This document shows positions 20,954 to 29,893 of a stretch of 32,619 nt of DNA, piece by piece. Numbering within the stretch: the first letter of the stretch is position 1; every line of letters begins with the position of its first letter. The notes beneath the pieces were generated by a model. The model had not been told where the DNA came from. It was given only the letters and a program-made list of their open reading frames with translations, and made no database searches. The stretch lies in NCBI GenBank assembly GCA_031364845.1, contig JANLWX010000011.1, positions 1 to 32,619 on the forward strand, written 5' to 3'. Both the position numbers and the translations under genes were made by a program. The stretch is from Candidatus Eiseniibacteriota bacterium. Its GTDB lineage: Bacteria; Eisenbacteria; RBG-16-71-46.

Positions 20954-20979
20954 TACGAAGCATGACGCACCGTGGGATG
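20954..20979 (-). promoter_or_regulatory. Putative SigK-like ECF promoter for msrB (CATCC-N17-CGTA)
   Basis: Minus strand CATCC at 20979-20975 and CGTA at 20957-20954; mirrors the motif upstream of the fasciclin gene. Confidence 0.55.
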
Positions 20980-21037
20980 TGCGGAAAGCCGCATTACCGT
21001 CCCGTCTTCGTCAAACCTCATGACCTGCGGCCAGGCT

Positions 21038-21062
21038 CATCCGACGGGCCGGTGGGACCGTA
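21038..21062 (+). promoter_or_regulatory. Putative SigK-like ECF promoter for the fasciclin gene (CATCC-N16-CGTA)
   Basis: CATCC at 21038-21042 and CCGTA at 21058-21062; resembles the mycobacterial SigK motif CCATCC-N15-CCGAA. Confidence 0.6.
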
Positions 21063-21140
21063 GCGGCGATGTGAACCCACAGTCCGATGGCGGACGCCGC
21101 TAGAGGCTTCACATCACCCCTCACTTTTGGAGGCAGCACG

Positions 21141-21710
21141 ATGAAGAACACGACGTTCACACTCCTGTTGGCGCTCGGAGTCGCCGGCTCCGGGATCGCC
21201 ACCGCGGGCATGATGAAGGACTCCAAGGAAGTGCAGGTCGGGGGCGAGGCGATGTTCGCCACGAAGGACATCGTCGACAACGCCGTCAAGTCCGCCGACC
21301 ACACGACGCTCGTGGCCGCGGTGAAGGCGGCGGACCTGGTCGCGACCCTCAAGACCGCGGGCCCGTTCACGGTGTTCGCGCCGACGAACGACGCGTTCGA
21401 AAACCTCCCCGACGGCACGGTCGAGACTCTGCTCAAGCCTGAGAACAAGGCGAAGCTCGCCAGTGTGCTGACCTATCACGTCGTGGCTGGGCGTATGACG
21501 GCGGGTGGATTGCGCAAGATGATCAAGGCGGGCAACGGCACGGCGGAGTTGAAGACGGTGAACGGCGGCCGGCTATGGGTGATGATGAACGGGCCGTCGA
21601 ACATCGTGCTCAAAGATGAGAAGGGCGCCATCGCCCACATCTCGACCTACGATGTGATCCAGTCGAACGGCGTCATTCACGTGATCGACCGGGTCGTGCT
21701 GCCCAGCTGA
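21141..21710 (+). CDS. Secreted fasciclin (FAS1) domain protein
   Basis: Start at ATG 21141 (SD GGAGG); signal peptide; GPFTVFAPTNDAF, LTYHVV, SNGVIHVIDRVVLP. Confidence 0.96.
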   Translation: MKNTTFTLLLALGVAGSGIATAGMMKDSKEVQVGGEAMFATKDIVDNAVKSADHTTLVAAVKAADLVATLKTAGPFTVFAPTNDAFENLPDGTVETLLKPENKAKLASVLTYHVVAGRMTAGGLRKMIKAGNGTAELKTVNGGRLWVMMNGPSNIVLKDEKGAIAHISTYDVIQSNGVIHVIDRVVLPS

Positions 21711-21761
21711 CGTCAGCGCGGACACGCGGCGAGTCGAATCGGCGGAATCGGCTTCGCCCTG

Positions 21762-21790
21762 CACGGGTCCGACCTTCGGTCGGGCCCGTG
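21762..21790. terminator. GC-rich hairpin between convergent genes, probable terminator
   Basis: CACGGGTCCGACC-TTC-GGTCGGGCCCGTG 13-bp stem; weak U tract. Confidence 0.55.
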
Positions 21791-21851
21791 GCGTGTTCTT
21801 GTGCCACCGTTCGCTGCTGTCGGTTTGTCGAGCCGCGATCGCGCGGATCGG

Positions 21852-22577
21852 CTAACGCGTCACCAAGGACGCGAGCGCGGCACGCGCTTCCGGGAGGACG
21901 GCGTTCACCCACTCGGAGTACATCGCGGCCGAGGGATGCAGGCCGTCGGGCGCCACCAGCGTTGCCTCGGTGGAAGCACGCCGCGAGATGGCCGTGATGT
22001 CCACGTAACGAACGCCTGCCTCAGCCGCCTCTTCCCGATTCACGGTATTGAACGCGTCGATCGCCCTCGCGATCGCGGCGCGATCACGGGACGCGGCAAA
22101 CGGAGTGACGCCCCAATCGGGTATCGAAACCACGACCACGCGCGCTGGACGATCGCCGGCAAAGTCGATTGCGCGGTGCAGCAGGCTGCGGAATGCGCCG
22201 CGATAGGTTTCGGCCTCGCCGCCGCGGTACTGATCGTTGACGCCCACCAGCAGGGAGACGAGTTCGTAGCTGCCCTGGGCCTTCGCGGAATCGATCCCCG
22301 CGTCGAGTTCCGCCGTCGTCCAGCCGGTGCGCGCAATGATCACGGGCTCGGAGACAGACACCCCTTCCGCGCGCAAACGCGCCGCGAGCTGGACCGGCCA
22401 GCGCGATTCGGGAGCGACGGATTCACCGATCGTGTAGGAATCGCCGAGCGCTAGGAAGCGCGGTGTCGAGGTCGACGCGACGTTCGAGGGAACGCCGTTG
22501 TCGAGGCGTTCGATGGAACATCCGGCCGTCGCCAGCGCGATCAGAGCCGCCACGAACAAACGGCCGATCCCGGGCAT
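21852..22577 (-). CDS. SGNH/GDSL hydrolase lipoprotein
   Basis: Start re-called at ATG 22577; lipobox LATAG|C; LALGDSYT, ARTGWTT, GVNDQY, DGLHPS. Confidence 0.9.
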   Translation of the reverse strand: MPGIGRLFVAALIALATAGCSIERLDNGVPSNVASTSTPRFLALGDSYTIGESVAPESRWPVQLAARLRAEGVSVSEPVIIARTGWTTAELDAGIDSAKAQGSYELVSLLVGVNDQYRGGEAETYRGAFRSLLHRAIDFAGDRPARVVVVSIPDWGVTPFAASRDRAAIARAIDAFNTVNREEAAEAGVRYVDITAISRRASTEATLVAPDGLHPSAAMYSEWVNAVLPEARAALASLVTR

Positions 22578-22722
22578 GCTCAATTGCGACGGCTTTGCGG
22601 CAGCGCGCGCTCCGGCCCGAGGGGCGAGCGCGACTGCAGGGCCGCTCGCGGGCGTGGTAGTGTCCCGTTTCCAGATTCGCATGGCCCGAGCATACGAGCA
22701 GTCCTCCATCGAAAGCCACCGC

Positions 22723-23184
22723 ATGACCGACGAAACCATCAGCGCCCGCATTCAGACCGAAATGGTCGCCGCCATGAAGTCCAAGAACGTGGATACCTTG
22801 AGCACGCTGCGCATGCTCAAGACCGCCCTCATGGAGGCCAAGACCAAGAAGCCGAAGGATGCCGTGCTCTCGGCGGACGAAGAGATCGAAGTTCTCCAGC
22901 GCTACGTGAAGAAGCGGCGCGAGACCATCACCGAGTTCCGCAAGCACGGGCGCGAGGACGTGGTCGAGAAGGAAGAAGCCGAGATCGCGGTCACGATGCG
23001 CTTTCTCCCGCAGCCGGTGTCCGACGAAGAGCTGCGCGAGATCGTGCGCGCCGCGGTGGCCTCGACCGGGGCGACCACCGGGAAGGACATGGGCAAGGTG
23101 ATCGCGGCCGTGATGGCGCAGGTCAAGGGGCGCGCCGAGGGTTCGGCGGTCTCCAAGCTGGTGAAGGAGTCGCTTCCCGGCTGA
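22723..23184 (+). CDS. GatB/YqeY domain protein
   Basis: Start re-called at ATG 22723; AMKSK..LSTLRMLK, KKRRE, FLPQ, KDMGKVI, GRAEGS. Confidence 0.93.
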   Translation: MTDETISARIQTEMVAAMKSKNVDTLSTLRMLKTALMEAKTKKPKDAVLSADEEIEVLQRYVKKRRETITEFRKHGREDVVEKEEAEIAVTMRFLPQPVSDEELREIVRAAVASTGATTGKDMGKVIAAVMAQVKGRAEGSAVSKLVKESLPG

Positions 23185-23222
23185 GCGCCCGCGGATGCCT
23201 ACGCGGCTTGAAGGCGAAACGA

Positions 23223-23251
23223 GCGGGGGCCGGCGCGATGTCGGCCCCCGC
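23223..23251. terminator. Hairpin between convergent YqeY and TonB-dependent receptor genes
   Basis: GCGGGGGCCGGC/GTCGGCCCCCGC 12-bp stem; no clear U tract. Confidence 0.5.
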
Positions 23252-23256
23252 GACGC

Positions 23257-25296
23257 TTACCGCCAGGTCAGCTGAGCACCGGCACTCACGCTGCGCGGGA
23301 GACCGGGTTCGAAGAACTCGCCGTTGATGCCGTTGATGAACACCGAAGCGACGTAGTTTTCGTCTGTCAGGTTCGTGCCGGTGACGAACGCGCTCAACGA
23401 GTGCTCGCCGAATGCCTTCTTCCATCGCGCGGTTGCCGACACCAGCGTCACCGCGTCGACCTCGCCTCCGGCCGAGTTCGCGTCGTCGGCGAAGTACTTG
23501 CCGATCGATTCGACACCGACATCGGCGCCGATGCCCCACGGTGACATCCAGCCGGCGTGCGCGCTTGCGATCGTCTTCGGCAGGCCCGCGATCTCTCGAT
23601 TCGCGAAGTCGCCGAGATCACCGGGGTACTCGAGATAGGTGTTGTCGGAGAGCGTGAGCGCCCCGCCGATCGTCACCGCCGGAACCGGCAGCCAGTCGAG
23701 ACCGAGTTCGAAGCCGCGGCGCCGCGACTTGCCCGACGTCAGGAAGTACGCGCCGCCGTTGAACGGCACCAGATCGTTGCGGACATCGATCTGGTAGACC
23801 GCCGCGTCGTAGCGCAACGTGGTTCCGCCCGGCGCCTGAGCCGAGCCGCGCGCACCGAGCTCGTAAGTGGTCGACTCGACCGCTTCGAGGAACGGATTGA
23901 GCGACGTGAGCGTGTCGAACGGCGGCGGCGGATCGATCTCGTTGAACGCCGGCGCCTCGACGCCGCCCCCGAGTGCCGCGAAGATCGTGTGCCGGTCGTT
24001 GTGCCACGACACCGATCCCTTCGGAGTCACCTTGGTGAAGCGCTTGCTGGCGTCCAGCACCGGATTGATGAAGTCCTCCGAGATGTACAGCAGGTTGTCG
24101 TAGCGCAGCGCGACGCGCGCCGACCAGCGGTCGTTCCACGTCAACTCCTCCTCGACGAACGCGCCGGCGCTGTTGGCGCCTTCGCGCTTGTTGGCGAACA
24201 GCACGTCGCTGCGCGTGCCGCCGGCCGCGACGTTGTAGAACAGGATCGCGCCGTCCTGAGTCGCTTCGTCGGCGCCCACACGCGTGCGCATCTCGAGCGT
24301 GGGGGTGGGTTGCGCCACTCCGCTCCACACCGCACTGCCACCGAAGTGAACGCGCGTGAAGTCCCGGAACCGGTTGCGCTCCGAGCGCTGCAGCACCTTG
24401 GGCTCCACGAACGTCGCGAGCGTGAGCGCGCTCGCGTCGCTCCATACGCGATCGAGCGTGAGCCCGAGCCGGCCGACGCGATTCCTGCGCCGTTCGTCGC
24501 GGCTCACGAAGCGCGGATTGGCCTGCTGCGGGGCGGAGTCGAGCTGTGCCGCCGTCAGCGCGCCCGGGAAGCGATTGAGATCGCTGACCGCATCGAGAAG
24601 CACACCGAGTCGCGTGCGAGGCTCGATCGGAACGTTGAGCCGCACGCGCGCCTGAGCCGTGGTGCTGGAGCTGTGATCGCGCCAGCCTTCGAACGTGGTG
24701 TTCGAGATCACGGCGAGCCCGCGCGCCGAGCCGATCGCGAACCCTGTGGCGCCCTGCTCGCGGTGAAATCCGAACTCACCGACGCGCTGGCCGTACGAGA
24801 GGTACGGGCGCTCGAAGTCGAGATTCGTGCGGAGGTTCACGACGCCGCCCGAAGCGTTGCCATAGAGCGATGACACGTTGCTGCGCAGGACCTCGATGCG
24901 ATCGATGCTCGCCAGATCCGCGAGGTCGAGCGACGTGCGACCGTCGGGCTCGGTGATCGGGATCCCGTCGCTCAGCACGCGAATGCCGCGCGTGTTGCCG
25001 GCGTTCGAGCGCTCGCCGTTGCCGCGCGCTCCGTAGCCGCGAATCGTGATGCGCACGTCCTGCGCGCCACTGCGGCTCTGGACGAAAACGCCGGGTACGC
25101 CGCTGAGCGCGTCCTTCAGGCTGATCGAGCGCGTCGACTCGAAGGCCGACCCCGGCACGACGGTGATTGCCGCGGGAGTTCGGGCCAGAGGCTCAGCGAC
25201 CCGGCTGCCGGTGACGACCACCTCCGGCACGGGAACGATGAGGGTGTCGGGTGTCGCGCCCGCCAGAACGGCGAGCGCGGTCAATATTGAAAGCAT
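23257..25296 (-). CDS. TonB-dependent outer-membrane receptor
   Basis: TonB box EVVVTGSR; plug motifs VPGV, IRGYG, DGIP, IEVLR..SSLYG..GGVVNL; C-terminal NLTDENY...PGLPRSVSAGAQLTW. Confidence 0.95.
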   Translation of the reverse strand: MLSILTALAVLAGATPDTLIVPVPEVVVTGSRVAEPLARTPAAITVVPGSAFESTRSISLKDALSGVPGVFVQSRSGAQDVRITIRGYGARGNGERSNAGNTRGIRVLSDGIPITEPDGRTSLDLADLASIDRIEVLRSNVSSLYGNASGGVVNLRTNLDFERPYLSYGQRVGEFGFHREQGATGFAIGSARGLAVISNTTFEGWRDHSSSTTAQARVRLNVPIEPRTRLGVLLDAVSDLNRFPGALTAAQLDSAPQQANPRFVSRDERRRNRVGRLGLTLDRVWSDASALTLATFVEPKVLQRSERNRFRDFTRVHFGGSAVWSGVAQPTPTLEMRTRVGADEATQDGAILFYNVAAGGTRSDVLFANKREGANSAGAFVEEELTWNDRWSARVALRYDNLLYISEDFINPVLDASKRFTKVTPKGSVSWHNDRHTIFAALGGGVEAPAFNEIDPPPPFDTLTSLNPFLEAVESTTYELGARGSAQAPGGTTLRYDAAVYQIDVRNDLVPFNGGAYFLTSGKSRRRGFELGLDWLPVPAVTIGGALTLSDNTYLEYPGDLGDFANREIAGLPKTIASAHAGWMSPWGIGADVGVESIGKYFADDANSAGGEVDAVTLVSATARWKKAFGEHSLSAFVTGTNLTDENYVASVFINGINGEFFEPGLPRSVSAGAQLTWR

Positions 25297-25462
25297 GGAA
25301 CTGCTCCTCCCATGAAGAAGTCACGCCGGCGGAGTTCCGCGCGGAGATGCGCCGGGCTCACGGGCGTGGAAATCACGAGCCGCGGCGAAGTCGCGATCCG
25401 CAATCGGGTCGCATCCGCGTCGGGCTCATGATGTGATGGGATGAAGCAGGAGGATCAGTTCC
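25297..25462 (-). promoter_or_regulatory. Structured 5' leader sequestering the receptor ribosome-binding site (SD/anti-SD inverted repeat)
   Basis: 25297-25310 GGAACTGCTCCTCC and 25449-25462 GGAGGATCAGTTCC are reverse complements at 13 of 14 positions; one arm is the receptor SD, the other spans the upstream stop codon. Confidence 0.7.
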
Positions 25463-27122
25463 TCAGAGGCACGAAACGCAGCGGGATCCGGAGGAGAAGC
25501 GCGCGACGGCGCGACGCGCGCGCGTGTGACGAGTGCAGTCGCGGGCCGGGGGCCACGGGACTCACCATGAGCGGCGCGCGCGGGGGCGACTCGGCGGTTT
25601 CGCCGTCGCGCGCGACCACCCATTCGGCGGCGGGACGGCTCAGTGCCACCGCTGCCGGCGCCGCAGGCTCGGATTCGTCGCCGACCCACGTCCAACCCTC
25701 ACGCAGCGCGAATCGCGCGGGCGGGGCCGCAGGATCGGCGACGATCCGGAAGGCGACCGAAGGCGCGAGCATCACTTCGTCGTGCCGCGATGGATGCTCG
25801 CGCCGGGCGGACTCTTCTCGCCGGCCGCGCCCGGCGGGCTCTTCATGATATCGGCCGCGCGCGGCACCGGCCCCGTCGTCCCGGGTTCCAGCGTTCGGGA
25901 CGGAACGTTCGGTTTCGCGCTCGCGCCGCGCTTCGCGCCCGACTCGCATCGCGATGCGCGCCGTTTCGGTCCCGAGGTTCGGCACACGCCACCGGAAGCG
26001 CCGCGTTCCCGGATCGATCTCCGGGGAAATGCGCAACGTGAAATGCCTGCCGTCGTCGATCGACAGCAACAACTCCATCTCTTCGACATCGGCGGGCGGC
26101 GACTCCCAGCGGATTTCCACCACTTCGCCCGCGCGCAACTCGCGCGGCAACCGCTCGAGCGGTGTGCGCCGGGTGCCCCACGATTCGGAAGTCTCGGCAC
26201 CCGTCGGGCTTCTGGGAGTGGAGTCCGGCGCCGCAGAGTCGGGAGCGGAAGGCTCGATCGGAACCGGATCTTCCGATGGAGTCTCGAGCGCAGGCGTCTG
26301 CGCAGGCTTCGGATCTCCGCCTCCGAAGAACCAGTCGGTGAGCGACTGCTTGGGCGGCTCGGCTCTGGATCCGATCGCCGCGGCGTATTGATCCGGCGTG
26401 AGGAACCCGCGCCGGCGCATGCGCGAGGCGATGAGCCGCACCCGCCGCTCGATGCGCCGGTTCGGCTGGAGAACCGAAAACCGCCGCGGGTTGATGATGA
26501 CCGCGGCGAGCAGCACCGCCTGGCGCTCGTTCAATCCGGCCGCGGAAACGCCGAAGTATCGCCGCGCCGCCGCTTCGGCGCCGAAGATGCCGTCGCCCCA
26601 TTCGATCAGGTTCAGATACAGCTCGAAGATGCGCCGCTTCGGAAGTGCCCGCTCGAGACGGATCGCGAGGAACGCTTCCTCGAACTTGCGGGTCAGCGTG
26701 CGGGCGTCGCCGAGGAACAGATTCTTCGCGAGCTGCTGGGTCACGGTGCTGCCGCCGCGAACCACCTTGCGCTCCTCGAGATTCTTGCGCGCGGACGCCT
26801 GGATCTCGTCCCAGTCGAGCCCCTCGTGGCTGAAGAACTTGTCGTCCTCCGCGATGAGGATCGCCCGGCGCAGCGTCGGCGAGACGCGGGTGTAGGGAAC
26901 CCACCGCTGATCAATTCGCAACGCTTTCCCCGCCTTGCGGGCCTCGCGTTCGCGCTGCTTCATCATGGCGGTGCGCTCGGGGGCGCTACGCGCGAGGGCG
27001 CCGACCGGAAACGTCTGGATGCGGATCACCGCGATCAGCCCGAGCAGCACGACCACGGCGAACGCGCCGAGCACGAATGCCTTGAGAAAGGAAAGCGCGC
27101 CGCGGCGCCGCCGCGGGCTCAT
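25455..27122 (-). CDS. mtgA: Monofunctional peptidoglycan transglycosylase (GT51) fused to a Pro/Ser linker, an Ig-like domain and a long C-terminal tail
   Basis: Start ATG 27122 overlaps the upstream stop (ATGA); TM; EDDKFFSHEG, RGGSTVTQQLAKNLFL, RKFEEA, ELYLN..EWGDGIFG; about 300 extra C-terminal residues. Confidence 0.88.
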   Translation of the reverse strand: MSPRRRRGALSFLKAFVLGAFAVVVLLGLIAVIRIQTFPVGALARSAPERTAMMKQREREARKAGKALRIDQRWVPYTRVSPTLRRAILIAEDDKFFSHEGLDWDEIQASARKNLEERKVVRGGSTVTQQLAKNLFLGDARTLTRKFEEAFLAIRLERALPKRRIFELYLNLIEWGDGIFGAEAAARRYFGVSAAGLNERQAVLLAAVIINPRRFSVLQPNRRIERRVRLIASRMRRRGFLTPDQYAAAIGSRAEPPKQSLTDWFFGGGDPKPAQTPALETPSEDPVPIEPSAPDSAAPDSTPRSPTGAETSESWGTRRTPLERLPRELRAGEVVEIRWESPPADVEEMELLLSIDDGRHFTLRISPEIDPGTRRFRWRVPNLGTETARIAMRVGREARRERETERSVPNAGTRDDGAGAARGRYHEEPAGRGRREESARREHPSRHDEVMLAPSVAFRIVADPAAPPARFALREGWTWVGDESEPAAPAAVALSRPAAEWVVARDGETAESPPRAPLMVSPVAPGPRLHSSHARASRRRALLLRIPLRFVPLRN

Positions 27123-28435
27123 TCTCCGCTGTGCTCGGAAACGACGACGACCGTCATGTCGTCGCTCTGCACGGCACGGCCGCGGAAGTTCACGACATCG
27201 GACATCACCGCAGCGATCGTGGTCGCCGGATCGGGTGAGGAGGTCGCCGCCCACAGCGCCTTGAGCCGGTCCTCGCTGTACTCGTTGTTCCTGAGATCCA
27301 GCGCCTCAGAGATTCCGTCACTGTAGAGCAGCAGCGCGTCGCCGGGCGAGAACGATTCCTCGCCCATCGCGTACTCCGAGTTGTCGAGGATTCCGAGCGG
27401 AAGTCCGCCCTCGCGCAGTTCGATGAGTGTTCCGTCGCGGCGCCGCAGCAGCGGATAGTTGTGTCCGGCGTTCGAGTAGAACAGGCGCCCGCGCTCGAGA
27501 TCCAGCTCTGCGTAGAAGAACGTGATGAACTTGCCACTCGATGCCGCACGCGCGACGCTGACGTTGATCATGCGCATCGCCTCGGTGATCCGGCTGCGCC
27601 CGTCGCAGTACGCCCGCGTCGATGCCTGTACGTTGGACATCAGCAGTGCGGCGGGGATGCCCTTGCCCGACACGTCGGCGATCGCGACACCCAGCCGCGA
27701 GTGGCCGAGCAGGAAGTAGTCGAATGCGTCGCCGCCGACTTCGCGCGCCGGAACAACCTGGCCCATCGCCTCCCACGCGCCCGAGCGCAGCGGGCGCGAA
27801 GGCACGAGTGTCATCTGGATCTCGCGCGCGAGGTTCAGCTCCCGCTGCAGTTTCTCCGCCTCCTCCGTCAGCCGCTGACGTTCGCGCGCTTCGACGCGCA
27901 GCCGCGCCTGTTCGATCACTCCCGCGGAGTTCGAGGCGACGATCGTGAGCAGCTGGATGTCCTCGGGCGCCCACACCCGTCCCGGTGTGGCGTGGGTGAT
28001 CGCGAGCATGCCGGTAAAGCGGTTCTCGACCTTGAGCGGAACCGCGAGCACGGCGCGCAGGCGCGTGTCCACGCCTTTGAGTCCGGGGAAGCGCGGATCG
28101 GACGTGAGGTCGGGCGTGGCGAGCGGCTCGTTCTTCGCCATGAGAAAGCCCATCACGTTCATCGACACGGTTGCCGGCCACGAGCCCGAACCGACTCCCG
28201 GGTCGCGCTTGGCGACCAGCGTCTTCACGGTCGGCTCCGACAATTCCGGTCCGAGCAGCTTGATGCTGCCTTCGTCGGCGGAGAACATCGCGGTGGTCTT
28301 CTGCACCATCCAGTCGAGGATCGGCTGGAGTTCGGTGTGCGAGGCGACGATCATGCTGAGCTCCGTCAGGAACTCCAGCTCCGCCATCAGTCGCTGCGGA
28401 TCGGGCGTCGCGCGGGTTCCAGGGCTCAGGGTCAT
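27119..28435 (-). CDS. GAF + PP2C/SpoIIE (RsbU-like) serine phosphatase
   Basis: N-terminal GAF; AREIQ, VGGDAFD, IADVSGKG, NAGH, YSDGISE, SDDMT. Confidence 0.93.
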   Translation of the reverse strand: MTLSPGTRATPDPQRLMAELEFLTELSMIVASHTELQPILDWMVQKTTAMFSADEGSIKLLGPELSEPTVKTLVAKRDPGVGSGSWPATVSMNVMGFLMAKNEPLATPDLTSDPRFPGLKGVDTRLRAVLAVPLKVENRFTGMLAITHATPGRVWAPEDIQLLTIVASNSAGVIEQARLRVEARERQRLTEEAEKLQRELNLAREIQMTLVPSRPLRSGAWEAMGQVVPAREVGGDAFDYFLLGHSRLGVAIADVSGKGIPAALLMSNVQASTRAYCDGRSRITEAMRMINVSVARAASSGKFITFFYAELDLERGRLFYSNAGHNYPLLRRRDGTLIELREGGLPLGILDNSEYAMGEESFSPGDALLLYSDGISEALDLRNNEYSEDRLKALWAATSSPDPATTIAAVMSDVVNFRGRAVQSDDMTVVVVSEHSGE

Positions 28436-28605
28436 GGGGCGGTTCCTCGTTCGAATCGCGGCAGAGCGGCTTCGGTAGGCGGGCCGAAGTGTAGGGCCGA
28501 CGTTCCCGTGTATACTACCCGGCTCCGCCGCCGAACGGGAACATTCGCGATGGCGGCGACCATCGTAAGTGTCTCGACCGCCCCCTATCTGCGACGGATC
28601 CGCCC

Positions 28606-29406
28606 ATGACGACCCCTGTCCTCAAAGCCTACGAAAACCTGCTGATCGAACGCACCGGTGCCGTCACGGTGCTCAAGGTGCATCGTCCCGACGTGCTGAA
28701 CGCGCTGAATCGCGAGACGCTGGCCGAGATCGACGATGCCGCCCGGGCGTTTATCGACGACGACGAGCAGGGCGCTCTGATCGTGACGGGTGCGGGGGAG
28801 AAGAGTTTCATCTCGGGCGCCGACATCAACGAGCTGGCGGTGCTCGGTCCCGCCGCGGCCGAGGAGATCTCGCGATTCGGCCAGAGTGTGCTCGATGTGC
28901 TTGAGCGCTCGCCCAAGCCCGTGATCGCGGCGGTGAACGGATATGCGTTCGGCGGCGGCTGCGAGCTGGCGCTCGCGTGTCACATGCGGCTCGCGAGCGA
29001 CAATGCGGTGCTCGGGCTGCCCGAGGTGAGCCTCGGAATCATTCCGGGATACGGTGGAACCCAGCGGCTGCCGCGCCTGATCGGCACCGGGCGCGCGCTC
29101 GAGCTGATGTTGTCGGGCGGCCGCGTGAAAGCGGATGAAGCGGCGCGCATCGGGCTCGTGAACCGCGTCGTTCCGAAGGAGCAGCTGCAGGACGAAGCGA
29201 TGAAACTCGCCCAGGCGATTCTCAAGAACGGACCGCTCGCGGTGTCGGCGGTGCTGGAAGCGGTTCAGCGCGGACTTCAGGGTCCGATCGATGCCGGGTT
29301 GCGGCTCGAGAGCGGACTGTTCGGTATCCTCGCCGCGAGCGACGACATGCACGAAGGACTGAACGCGTTCCTGGAGAAGCGGCCGGCGCGATTCCTGCGC
29401 AAGTAG
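28606..29406 (+). CDS. Enoyl-CoA hydratase (crotonase family)
   Basis: LNAL, FISGADI, AVNGYAFGGGCELALAC, GLPEVSLGIIPGYGGTQRL, AFLEKR. Confidence 0.95.
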   Translation: MTTPVLKAYENLLIERTGAVTVLKVHRPDVLNALNRETLAEIDDAARAFIDDDEQGALIVTGAGEKSFISGADINELAVLGPAAAEEISRFGQSVLDVLERSPKPVIAAVNGYAFGGGCELALACHMRLASDNAVLGLPEVSLGIIPGYGGTQRLPRLIGTGRALELMLSGGRVKADEAARIGLVNRVVPKEQLQDEAMKLAQAILKNGPLAVSAVLEAVQRGLQGPIDAGLRLESGLFGILAASDDMHEGLNAFLEKRPARFLRK

Positions 29407-29459
29407 ATGCGGTCCGCCGCGTGCCGCGCGGCGATCGCCGATAGGGAGGTCGGCAACTC

Positions 29460-29891
29460 ATGATGCAGGACCTGATCGCGATGCTGGTTTCGACGGTGCT
29501 CGGAACCATGGTCGGATGGGAACGCCAGCTCGGCCGCAAGCCGGCCGGCTTGAGGACGCACACGCTCGTCTGCCTCGGCTCGACCATGTTCGTGCTCGTC
29601 ACGCGCCATGCCGTCGAGAACATCGGCGGGCCGAATCTCGATCCGACCCGCATCATCCACGGCGTGATCACCGGCGTGGGATTCCTCGGCGCCGGCAGCA
29701 TCATGCGCACCGAGGGCTACGTGCACGGCCTCACCACGGCGGCGAGCGTGTGGATCGTCGCGGCGATCGGCGTCTCGGTCGGCGTGCACGCCTACTGGCT
29801 CGCCTTCATCGGCACCGTGCTCGCGCTGATCGTGCTCGAGTTCTTCCGCTGGGTCGAACGCTTTCTGTCCCCGGCTGAGGGCGACGGCTAG
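29460..29891 (+). CDS. MgtC/SapB family membrane protein
   Basis: GWERQ..KPAGLRTH, DPTRI, GVGFLGAG, GLTTAA. Confidence 0.93.
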   Translation: MMQDLIAMLVSTVLGTMVGWERQLGRKPAGLRTHTLVCLGSTMFVLVTRHAVENIGGPNLDPTRIIHGVITGVGFLGAGSIMRTEGYVHGLTTAASVWIVAAIGVSVGVHAYWLAFIGTVLALIVLEFFRWVERFLSPAEGDG

Positions 29892-29893
29892 GC

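Noticed and set aside
25321..25429. Short minus-strand frames in the receptor leader: one ending PRGTPPA-stop (RAPP-like) and an 18-aa MSPTRMRP ORF
   Set aside because: The first has no canonical start codon after the preceding stop; the second has no SD. The upstream long ORF explains the anti-SD geometry better
25297..25454. Cobalamin or TPP riboswitch ahead of the TonB-dependent receptor
   Set aside because: No recognisable B12-box or TPP core motifs by eye; an Rfam scan would be decisive
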